Shown piece by piece: positions 37,214 through 50,215 of a stretch of 64,000 nucleotides of DNA. The notes beneath the pieces were generated by a model. It saw only the letters and a program-made list of their open reading frames with translations. It was not told where the DNA came from and did not search any database. The stretch comes from Trichosphaerium sp. ATCC 40318 (lineage: Eukaryota; Protista; Tubulinea): contig JALMLS010000531.1 in NCBI GenBank assembly GCA_038496445.1, forward strand, positions 124,001-188,000, written 5' to 3'. Made by a program: the position numbers and the translations under genes. Numbering within the stretch: position 1 is the stretch's first letter; the number at the start of each line of letters is the position of its first letter.

Positions 37214-40200
37214 ATGCGCGTTTCAGCCGTGCTTTCTTGCAGTGGTACGTAAAAATACGATAAATAGCGTATGTTAATAGAGTAGAAGTACAATTTAGCG
37301 CCTACGGACGTAAATTACCATACGGTTATTGGAAGAGCGAAATAAATTGCAAAACATGTATTAACAGCGTTGCTGAACACTATGGGCTTAAAATACTTGA
37401 TGATTTGTACAAAATATCGTCAATAGACATTATCCGCTTTGGAGCTCATGGATTATTGAATCAGTACGTATTTAAGGTCAAAAACGAAAGAAAACCGCTT
37501 TTACCAACCTCGCAAACAAAATTATCTTGTTGAACGGTTATGTATTTATCTAACTTTAGGTACTCTGGTGGGTATTCCACTATGCTTTCTACACTATTTC
37601 CGCGATATAACTGGCAAGAGTTGTCTTTCACGTGCGTGATTTCATTATTCTTAAAAATTGCGTCTTTTTGTTCATTAACTAATTGCAGATCTACTCCACA
37701 TGGCTATACAAGGTCTATTACTAAACAACAAGATATTATAGACGAATTTGCTGAAGATCTAGGCGTGAAGTGCCTTGACGATTGGTATATTGTTAGCGCA
37801 CATGATTTTGAAACAGCTCGTGCAGATGTTCTAAGTGTATACCGAAGGTTGGTTGAAGCAAGCTGAAAACGATACTTACCGCTTCGAATAGGTATGACAA
37901 ATCTACTAAAGATCTCTTGGAGTGTATATATCCAAGTCACGAATGGGTTTCATGGCAGTTTGATGTTAACATTGACTTACGGAATTGGTTCGATAAAGCA
38001 AGTGTTGCACTTGGTGTCAAGGGTCTAGATGATTGGTATAATATATCTATGGTAGAGTTAAACGAATTTAGACGCCAGAGCATTTCACCGCCAGCATTTA
38101 GGCACGTGAATTTACAAGCCATGACCTGTCAAAAGGGTAGACCTAAAAACATACAAATGACTTACCAAGAACCAAGGATACCTCTGGTTGTTTAGGCTTT
38201 TTTTAACTTTGTTGTTAAATCTAATGTAAATTAGGCATATGGGATCACTGTATCAAATGTTAGAAGCTGTATACCCGGAAAAGGAATGGATTGCAGATAA
38301 TTTCGAGTGAGTTAATGCATTAGCTGTCTGTATTTTTTTTATTCTCATTTTTCATTTCTTGCTCATTTGATGTAGTATTGTACCACGTTATCACTGGAAA
38401 GATATATTAAATATACAACAAAGACTTGATACAATTGGCCAAAAGCTAGGTATAAAAATACTGGACGATTGGTGCTCTGTTGGATTTGACGTTCTTTCAA
38501 AGCATGGAGGTGTATCACTCACAGTGAGGTAAAGTTTTAAGATTAGCTTTAAGTAGCACGAGATTCTATTCTGTTTAACTCTTTGTATTAGATTTCGAAC
38601 AATGCGTTCAATGTTAATGTCTGTCTATCCTTGGCATACTTTTGATGACGATTTATTTGTGTACGTGCTTAGCTTCCTTTGTTGTGGTTCCCTGCCTTTT
38701 GTTTTGCTTTCGTTTTTCGTACTTTTGTTGCCAGTGTACGCCTTCTCAAAAGGAGATAAATGTGCCAGCACAAGTTTCTTACCACCAGTAGAATTATAAT
38801 TCTACAAGCGCTGATTATGTTTTATAGTCTATGAAAAACACGTGTTTAAGCAAAAAAAGCTTCGAATTTTGTTGTATTTTATTGTTGAGATGAACTAATT
38901 GTTGTGAGTAGCAAACTACGGGACGGGTATTGGGATAACTTTGAAAATCAACTAAGAAAGTTTAATATGATTGGAGAGTCACTTAATGTACATACTTTGC
39001 GCGATTGGTATGATGTACCATCAGAGAAAGTTATATTTTTTGGTGCTGATCCAGTAGTTAGACGGTACAGTTACAATTGTTTTCTCTTTTTATTCTCATT
39101 TTAATGAAACTAGTTATGGTTCACTTGCTAATTCTCTAAAATCTGTATACCCTTACTTCTCATGGCAAGGATATAATCATGGGTACGTAAAATGATTGTC
39201 ACTGTGAATTATATTATGTAGTTGTTCGCAATAATGTCGTTTTTGATATTTCTCAACATCTTATTTATTCGGGCTGTAGACATGTTCAAAGAAACGGTAG
39301 TGGTTATTGGGCGAACCAATTAAACCAAATGAATTTTATTAAAAGAGCTGAACAACAATTAAGTCTATCTACACCAGAGGAATGGTAAGAACAATAGTTT
39401 TTCTCCATCTTTTTTAACAATTTTGCTCTATTAAGGTATCGAATATCACGTGAACAAGTTGCTGAGTTGGGTCGAGGAGTTGTTTCTTATTTCCCTGCGG
39501 TACTAAAATATTATATTACTTTGATGTTATTGATGTTTGCTATAGTGCCTGAAACAGGTTTACCCGCATTATAAATGGAACTGGCAGACATTTGCTACTT
39601 CAATGAAAAAAGCTTGTCAACGTTCACTTATTGAATCTGTCAATCTTCTACTACCCAATCAAGAGATTAAAGAAGAGCACGATCTTGGCAATACTCTAAA
39701 TGGTGGCGGTAGGGTTACACTGGATATATTTGTACCAAAGTACAACCTCGCCATTGAGTATCAAGGTAAGCCAATTCTAGTGTTTTCTCTTCCTTTATCT
39801 GTTTACACCTTGGTTTAGGAGAGCACCATTACTACAATTTTGTTCAGAACCTCTTACCAACAGCTATATTCTCATCCAGAGATACAGAGAAAATACAAAC
39901 ATGTGCAGCACATGGTAAATAGTAAAACAAACAAAAAACTTTCGGAAATAACCTTTTTGGTTTTTTTCTGTGCTATTGGCTACTTGTTAAGCCATAGCTC
40001 TATCAAATTTAGCAACCGACCAAACTCACGTATTTACTTTTTATTGAAGGTGTGCGCATTGTACCAATCCCGTTCTGGTGGAAAGTTGGAGATTTGAGCA
40101 CTCTAGGCGCTACAATACAACATTATTGTCCTGATATTGACTTGGGATATTCAAACATTAAACCTCTCCTTCCAGAGAGTTTGAAGTCAGGCGGTCGTGT

Positions 40201-40222
40201 AAAGGCCTTTGGTATGCAATAA
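37214..40222 (+). CDS. Six ~70-aa tandem repeats plus a C-terminal PD-(D/E)XK-like (DUF559/Vsr/RAP-like) nuclease domain; start approximate
   Basis: Repeat consensus GYW-x4-N...LG(V/I)KxLDDWY...YGSL...L.x(V/I)YP...W. C-terminus TLDIFVPKYNLAIEYQGEHHY...RDTEK...C...GVRIVPIPFWW; about a dozen short introns. Confidence 0.8.
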
Positions 40223-40686
40223 CTTCAATTTTTTGTTTTGTTGACATGGCAAAAAGACGTTGCTCTCTTTTTTCATCTACTTCTTGACTCGTAAATTCAT
40301 CAAACTCAATGTTAGCAACACTGAATTATTATCTCATCTTATTGTAGATGGATCACAAGCTATAATGACAGCGTCTTCAGATAAATCAGTTTTTGCTTGA
40401 GAAAAGATAATGTTGGATGGTAGCTGCACTCCCTAAAGTTGGTAGATGTTTTAAGCGTATCATCTACACTTCCTTGCTGGTTGCGGATACAAGGTACAAT
40501 ATGCTCACTATCGACACCATAGATTGTGCAGGATTAATCACATAAAAACCCAAGAGCCGTTGATTTACAATCTTCTTCACGCTCTGACATAATAGACGCC
40601 TGGTATTCTGGTAACAACTCAAATCAAGGTAGTATTGCAAGGTAAAGCAAGTGCTTTAACCGGATGGCAAAAACACGTGGAGCCGT

Positions 40687-40902
40687 TTGCTCTGTAAGTT
40701 ACAAGAGGTCAAACTTGGCTTAACATATCAGTGCCTGCCCTCCCTGAGGGACAGGCTATGGCATTTTAATGGTCAATTAGAAGAGCATTCGTATTACGAA
40801 CAAGATAGACTTGAAGATGAGTGTAAGAATTGCTATGATGATGGCCAATTGAACAAGCATTGTTACTACAGTAAAGGTAGAATGCAAGCGCGAAGGTTGT
40901 AA
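40687..40902 (+). pseudogene. Degenerate MORN2/YwqK-like repeat fragment
   Basis: LWHFNGQLEEHSYYEQDRLEDECKNCYDDGQLNKHCYYSKGRMQ matches W-x2-NGQL-x4-Y repeats; two units only and no good start codon. Confidence 0.5.
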
Positions 40903-41150
40903 AAAAAAGAGGAGAAGACTCAGCTACAGTTGGTTTTTCAAAAGCCAAGTGTAAATCGTTTGTGTTTGAGTGACACTTTGGCCATCAATTGATTTGCTAC
41001 TACCCAAACACAGCTGTTCCACATAATGCTGGTTGCAATTATATATGAATAAACTTGGTGTTTTTGTTATTAAAAGATTGAGTAATCGCCTGTCGTTTCA
41101 TACATGTGTTGAATCTCAAGAACAAGTTTGTTTAATGCTAAATCAGCAAC

Positions 41151-41444
41151 TTAAGCGCCTACAGCTACGCAGTGTCCAGTAGTAGTAGTAACGATTGGGT
41201 AGTATATTGGGGTATACTGTGGTTGTACATACACGTATGTATCGTAACGACAACGAACGCTATTCAATCCGAAATGATTTGCCACAAGATCTCCTTTATG
41301 AGGACCAACCAAACAAATAAGCTCATCAACAGTCCTTGGTTTTGCCGCTAGAACCTTCTCAACCGTTCTAGGACCAACACCGTAGATACTTAGCATTTGA
41401 TACTCTAACCATGATTTTCCGTTAGAATACAAAGTAGTTGTCAT
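41151..41444 (-). CDS. Small intronless helix-hairpin-helix protein
   Basis: MLSIYGVGPRTVEKVL...LVGPHKG gives two HhH-like motifs; paralogous to 41508-41732. Confidence 0.55.
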   Translation of the reverse strand: MTTTLYSNGKSWLEYQMLSIYGVGPRTVEKVLAAKPRTVDELICLVGPHKGDLVANHFGLNSVRCRYDTYVYVQPQYTPIYYPIVTTTTGHCVAVGA

Positions 41445-41507
41445 AGTGTTTTCAGTGTGGGGTTTGCGCCTGGATTGAAGGAATTAGAAATTTGAAATGG
41501 AAACTTC

Positions 41508-41732
41508 TTAGAAAACTCTGAAGTACCGTTTTGAAGTCCTGTACTTTATGTGGTACTCATCGTGAATCAATCCGGCTTTCACAGGACCAATATACGTTTC
41601 TAAGTCCCGAATCTTGTAGTATTGGCGAGCGACTAATAGTTTATCAACAGATCTGTGCCCTACGCCATAAATAGACGTGAGACAATCTCTTATTAATTTG
41701 CTTGGGTCGCTGTTTATTGATATGGTAAACAT
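41508..41732 (-). CDS. Small intronless helix-hairpin-helix protein
   Basis: LTSIYGVGHRSVDKLL...YIGPVKA; tandem paralog of 41151-41444. Confidence 0.55.
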   Translation of the reverse strand: MFTISINSDPSKLIRDCLTSIYGVGHRSVDKLLVARQYYKIRDLETYIGPVKAGLIHDEYHIKYRTSKRYFRVF

Positions 41733-42299
41733 GAGGTAACTGAGTTCCTAAGCGTTGGTTAGTTAAGAGCTACGACTAACACACATTCTTTCTTACAGAG
41801 TTTATAGCTTTAGGAGTTGTTGAGGGTTAGTGCAAGTGAGAAATATGATTACTTAAGTTGACTAAATAATGTAACTATTTTTAGTTTAGATATTCTGCGA
41901 ATAATCTCTCAGAGACTTTTTTCGTACAGGACAGTTTTACGAAGTAGCTGATAGGTTTATTCGCATCACCTTACTCTAATGAACGCAACGAAATACTATT
42001 AGAAGAACAGCGCTCTTCGAAAGCGAAAACAGGGTTAAGGGTCCTTAAACCGACGAAGCGTCTCTAGCAGCAATTATCCATTATTTGTTGTGCCACGCAA
42101 CAACTCTTTGGCGGTCACTTGTTCAGAGTACAAACGGGATTGTTCGGCTGTTTCCCTTGGTTATCTTCAATTAATCAGTTTCAGACGCTAAGAATACTCA
42201 CAACAGCTTCAAATTGAGCGATACACGGTTTTTAAACCAGAATACTGCTAAACAGCTTCCATTCGGATTTTCGTTGTAGTAACCTTGTACCGCTGACAT

Positions 42300-43535
42300 G
42301 TTGACAACGTTTTACAGCTCTTGGGTAGTATATTTCGCCTCGTGGAACAAAGTGTTCATCGAGGAAGATAAAAAAAGTTGAAATTTCTGTCGCGTCAACT
42401 ATTTCACTGAGGCAAGAAAAGATAAAATCAAAACATAAATCTAAACAACACCCGAACCCCATCTAAAACAATCATAAACAAACATGTCAAACGAACAAAG
42501 AACAAGCACTAACGCCAACAAGACAAAGAAACGTGTTACTCAAAAGAAGAAACCAGCAAAACCAAAACCAACAGAAAAACAACTTCGAATGAGAGAAGAA
42601 GCCAAACAACGAAAACAACAAATGCTTCAAAAGAAAGCTCATGGAGAGAAAGTGTACGTCCTTTGATTACACTCTTTTGTATTCTAACTTCATCGTAGTA
42701 CAAAGAAGCCTTCAGTTAAACCTGCAACTGTTGGAGGAGGTGTCGGAGGCACATTCATGAAGTCATTGCGTATGTTTTCATTCTCTGTGGAATATAGTCT
42801 AACAGTTTATGATAGCAAAACCTTGTGGTGTTGCTGGCTTGGGTCCTTGTATCGGAATCATCAGTCCAAATCCAAATGGTACAAATTATTGTGCTCATAT
42901 CAGCGATTCTTGCTCAATGAAGACATGGTGGACACCATACGATAAAATTCAAAAAGCAGTTCGCACAGCATGGATTGAAGAAAAAATCAAATCTGGTTTA
43001 GGTATGTTACTTGTTTGATTCTCTTTGGTTATAATTTATGACTCATCCATCGATCTAGGAAATCATCCAATCAGCAAAAGAACCTTCTACGTCATGACAG
43101 GAATGCCAAAAGCCAATGCAACACTTGCGGCTGTACTTGAGGTATTGAAGGGCGCTCACAAAGTGATCAACAAAACAGGATGTCAAGGGTTTAAAAGTGG
43201 ATTCTATTTGGATTCCAAGGGTTCTATTCATCCTCTTGTTGAGCCTGATGCACTTTGGGCATGTGGTTGGGGTAAAGACACAAAACAAGCACAACGTTAT
43301 AAGAAGATGCCAAATAACAAGATCAATGGAGATGGCGTGTTTGAAGTACCTGATATGAAAAAGTTTGACAAGGTTGTCGAACAAGTACGTAAGGCAAAGA
43401 AGACTTTGACGAGTAAAGATGATCCAGCACTCAAGAAATTCAGGCTTGCATTGGCAAAAGTATAAAACGTGATTTCTTACCATTGAACTGGTGCGTAATG
43501 TAAATACTGTTAATAAACAACTTTAGTAATCAATA
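42300..43535. repeat. Right arm of the inverted duplication
   Basis: Reverse-complement similarity to about 35525-36780, including non-coding flanks. Confidence 0.85.
42484..43465 (+). CDS. Putative CheD/CNF1-like Cys-His deamidase, copy C
   Basis: Same 4-exon structure; spliced GVGGTFMKSLPKPCGVAGLGPCIGIISPNPNGTNYCAHIS. Confidence 0.65.
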
Positions 43536-43729
43536 CGTTGTTTTTACAATCGTTGTAGCAGCCTGTACTCAACCTTTTTGTAACGTAAACCTAACAACAT
43601 GCTGAGCCATTACATTTCCCATAAGATATGGTTATTGCGACACTATAAGAAAATCACGTGCTATTTTGTAATGTCAGAACGTCTTAAAAATTGAAGAATA
43701 AATAAGACTGAACTTACTGTCAAACTGAC

Positions 43730-44650
43730 ATGACCGAACAAACACACATAACCAACAATGAGCAATCAAAGTTAGATAAAACTACTCAACCGCCAATTAC
43801 AATGGTTATTACTGACATTTGGTATGAGATAGTAAAAATACTGCTGTACCAAGACGTTAGCAGCATTGTGTATCTCAAATCAACAAACAAACGCTTACGT
43901 GACTGTATTTCAGCTATAAAGTTGGGTAAAACGAGTGTTCTCAAGGATATTGCTGTGCTTGAAGCGATTAGCAGTGATGATAAGGAAGAAATCAAACAAA
44001 GAATTATAACACACATGTTACGAGATGAGGTTTTATTGTTTTCCGTTTTTGTTGACGAAGGTCCACGAACTTGTTTGTGGGATATGGCTGTATCTCATGT
44101 ACTACGTTGGGGAAAGTACCATGCCAACATTGAGTATACTTTGGAAGACGTACATAATCTTGGTGATATTGACTATTCATTGCCTAAACCACAAACCGAC
44201 TTGAAACAGTTGCATAAGAAAGGAATTTGCACTGTTTGTAGAAAACTGAAAACACTTAAATGGGTCTCTCACAGGCGCGTGGTGGACGGCAAAGATAGGG
44301 TATTTTGTGATGATTGTTGCTTCCTTAGATGTCCACTATTTGCTTTGACTGCTTGTAGTTCTGGGTGTGGTTTTTACTTTGGAGGAGGAGAATTGATTCG
44401 TATAGATGATGGAAAAGACCCAATAGAGGGAGAGTGCTATTTTGATAGTGACGAGGGGAATGTTTATGACGATATAGAAAAGGCTTTAGCAGGATACCCA
44501 AGCTTAGCTTCCAAGTGGCTTTCAGGCAACTATGAAATATATTCTTTGTTTTGTATAATGCTTGATGGCGACAGTATCGACCATTCGTTTGTATTCATCC
44601 CAAAATATACAGCTGATCCTCCAACTGACCAAGACTCAAGCACAGCATGA
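43730..44650 (+). CDS. Intronless 306-aa protein with a degenerate F-box-like N-terminus and a Cys-rich (CxxC...CxxC) region
   Basis: DIWYEIVKILLYQDVSSIVYLKSTNKRLRDCI; CTVC...FCDDC; uninterrupted 921-nt ORF. Confidence 0.6.
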   Translation: MTEQTHITNNEQSKLDKTTQPPITMVITDIWYEIVKILLYQDVSSIVYLKSTNKRLRDCISAIKLGKTSVLKDIAVLEAISSDDKEEIKQRIITHMLRDEVLLFSVFVDEGPRTCLWDMAVSHVLRWGKYHANIEYTLEDVHNLGDIDYSLPKPQTDLKQLHKKGICTVCRKLKTLKWVSHRRVVDGKDRVFCDDCCFLRCPLFALTACSSGCGFYFGGGELIRIDDGKDPIEGECYFDSDEGNVYDDIEKALAGYPSLASKWLSGNYEIYSLFCIMLDGDSIDHSFVFIPKYTADPPTDQDSSTA

Positions 44651-45379
44651 CAACAATTATTTCAACAGCCAGGTCGTGTTTGCAGTTACTTCATCCTGAT
44701 TGTTACGTTGGCTTACTCTCAACCATCCATTTGTTTTCTCATCCTTGCTGTGCAGCCAACGCTAAAATACCAATTTAGACAATATTTTTACATCCTAAGA
44801 GTTTACACAACTTCGTGTAGTTCGACGGTAAAAAGAAGTCCAGATTCAGTTTATTCTTCGCCAAAATACAGCACAGTGCTTTCATCACAGGAAGTGAGCG
44901 TAACAAACGCATACTGATTCAAATAAACAAAGATGACGCTTAATCCATTCCAAACTTCTGAAAAGTACATCAATGTGCGCAAAAACATAGTTAGTGGCCA
45001 AAATAACGCATTCAAAGCCTTTTGATCCAGTTGAGCCAGTTTTAGCTTCAGGAGATACAAAAGTACCTGAAGACATACTAAATCTATCACCACTTCCTCT
45101 GGCCTTATAGTGAGTCTATTCGCACTCAAAAAACTGTTAATAGTATCTCAATAGCGAAGCACCTTCTCCAATGAAGGCTAAACAATTGCTATTGAAGACA
45201 ATGAGTCACATTGCAAAGCAACCAGGCGTCAAAGTAACAGCAAAATTTGAGGTAAAGAATTCATTGAACAAAATGTCACCGGACTTAGTGTTTTGCAATT
45301 GACGTTGATTCTCACGTGATTATTTAAGAACGCATTTGTCCCAGCAAAGTTAGAAGGTATATTTTTTGTTTGTATTACT

Positions 45380-46880
45380 ACAGGGTACGTGATTATCATT
45401 GTAAAACGAGCACAACTGAGGTTAGATTTTCAGAAGAAGAAAACAAAGTCATTGAGTCTGTTAAATTTAATTTTTCTAAAAATCGAGTAAAGTGGATTAC
45501 TGTGATCGTATCAGAAGATACGTACCAAAACCTGGAGGGTATAAATCGACTCCCTTTAATAATATGTGGCGCGACGTTGTATCGTACAAAGGGAATTCAT
45601 ATATTTGATGTCTTCGAGGTGACATGAAAATAAGAAAGGTCACATTAAACTGAAAACGTTTTAGGAGCTTCCAGGCGCAGCTAAACTTTGTGAAGTTATG
45701 GCCTATATGAGTGAATGGGAATCACTTGTTGTATCACATACAGTACCTATAAATTGGACAGCAAAGCCTTATAGACATCATATGTCTCATAAATGGCCAA
45801 GGAGATTGTTTGATTTGTTTCTAACTTGGGATATATTTTATGGAGAAGATCTTATTCAGTTCAAGTATCTGAACGCAATACTCACACATAAGTATTCTGA
45901 GAAAGTAAAAAATATCACGTGCGATATTCTATCGACAATACCACCTGGTAGGCATTACAAAACTTTCATTGTTTGTACTTGCTCAAAGAATAAGTTTTGA
46001 CTTTTGTTTGCTTAGAAGTTATGCACCACATTCTCTATTATTTGGATCATATTTCAACAAAGTGTTTATTAACAAGTGCGTTATAGCCACTACTTGTATT
46101 TTAAATATTTTTATTAACAAGGTTTAGGTAGCAGAAAAGTTCAAGCGCTTGTACAACCTAATATTCGCAACATTTGTCCAATATCAGACAAAAGTTTGGA
46201 AAAACTGAAAAATATAAGAAATATCCACTCACTGGACATACGTCGACTTTTAACAGGTAATGGTGATATTAACGTCCTATTATCATTACTAGAAAAATCA
46301 GTATCAACAGAGACTATCATATCATTTGACAACCAAGAAAATGGACGCAGCTTCAAACCCTTATCACTACCAAAAACAACAAAACTATTGACAAAAAAGT
46401 GCATGTTTAGTACAATATCAGCTGATAAACAACGTTCGAAGGGAGTATTCAGAAAGTTTGATAAACAATCTAAACTATTCGTTAGTGAGGGTAATGGCTC
46501 TGGTACACTTATATTGGGTTCAAGACAAGTGTTGGAACCATTGACACTTTTTATTATTATTCTTGCTGAAAATCCTAAACTGAGACTCTTCGAAGCACCC
46601 TCTGATTTACCTTTACTATTTAGTCGTATTGCAAGTGACGTAGGTTGTCACTTATTCCTTACTGATCATAAAAAAGTTTCCTATTCCTTTTACCCTTTTT
46701 ACACCTTCTCGTCTCTTTTGAGCCCGTGTTGTTTCTGCATGTTATTTTCTGGTACGAAACGTTAAGTTTTGTGCCTCCATATCGCTGCCACATATTAATA
46801 ATGTTGTACATACAGCCATGAAACGTTGAACAAAATAGAAATGATATGTTCAAACATTTTCTTACTCACAATTTAAATTA
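45380..46880 (+). CDS. Multi-exon protein with an internal F-box motif (ends approximate)
   Basis: ORFs 45370-45627, 45698-46000 and 46196-46765 join by introns; spliced ILSTIPP-EVMHHILYYLDHISTKCLLT-SSRK is F-box-like. Confidence 0.5.
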
Positions 46881-47494
46881 ATGTTTTGGTCCTACGTGCG
46901 GCACTTTTATCGAATTTGTACCTAGTTGATGGCCAAACTATCCAATAACTCTGTTTATCACTTTACTATGTGCCGTTTTGATCTACTGTAAGCGCTGTTA
47001 CCAAACACGTGAGCGATCTTTTACTTCAGTAAGCAGGTAATACGATAATCTGTAAATGCGTTGGCTATAAAATGAAAATACCTTATTTAATCACAGGATA
47101 TTTTATCTTACTGAAATCTCAACGTAGGATAATTCAATACAAATACAAATGGCACCAGATTATTTTTCTCGCAAATATGGCAACCGGAGCAATTCAAGCG
47201 CCTTGCCTTCTACGTAAACTATATACATGTCCAGCACGATTTACAGGTACACTAGCGTAATTACATCATTTCCAACCCAAATAGGGGTAAAACTATTCCG
47301 TTAACGTAAAACCGCGTTTAAGGATGCACAAAAATTGCGTCAAAACCATTTTCAAAGACATTGACACTCTATTACGTTAATTGTGTTTTTTTTTTTGCGG
47401 GTTTTCCAACCTTGCTTAAATGAAAACTTATTTTGCAGAAAAACAATCTACAACGTTTCTCAGCTATCGTTGAAACGTATAATGAAGTAAAACC

Positions 47495-49836
<2,342 letters not shown>

Positions 49837-50215
49837 GCAAAAAGTAGAAAATGGGTAAAAAGACGCTGGCTACAAGCTCTTGTTTCTGTTTGAAAACAAA
49901 AACCAGAAATAAGTTGTACTTTAAATGAGTTGTAACAAGTAAAATATTGTTGTATGTTACTCAGGCTTAGATTTGAATTTCTTCCTTTAGTACACTGTCA
50001 GTACGTAAAGTGGTAGATTGGTTAGGCTACCTTCACACGTGGGAAGATCCCGAAGCTTGTTAACTCCAATTGCCTTATATTGATTCTTTTAGAGTAGTAA
50101 TGCAGTTTTATTGTATTCTACGAACGTTTCAAGGGAGTTTTGCCAAAATAAAGCTTAATGGCGTTAAGTTATACGCGTATTCAAAGCGTTTTTTTTTTGT
50201 TCATCTGTACACAGC

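Noticed and set aside
42757-42945. Alternative frame for exon 3 of the triplicated gene (YDSKTLWCCWLG...)
   Set aside because: It ends in a premature stop; the downstream gatag acceptor after the ctaac branch site gives a full-length frame conserved in all three copies.
35525-43535. Polinton/Maverick or other autonomous transposon
   Set aside because: No integrase, pPolB, capsid, ATPase or transposase motifs seen, and no TSD at the outer ends.
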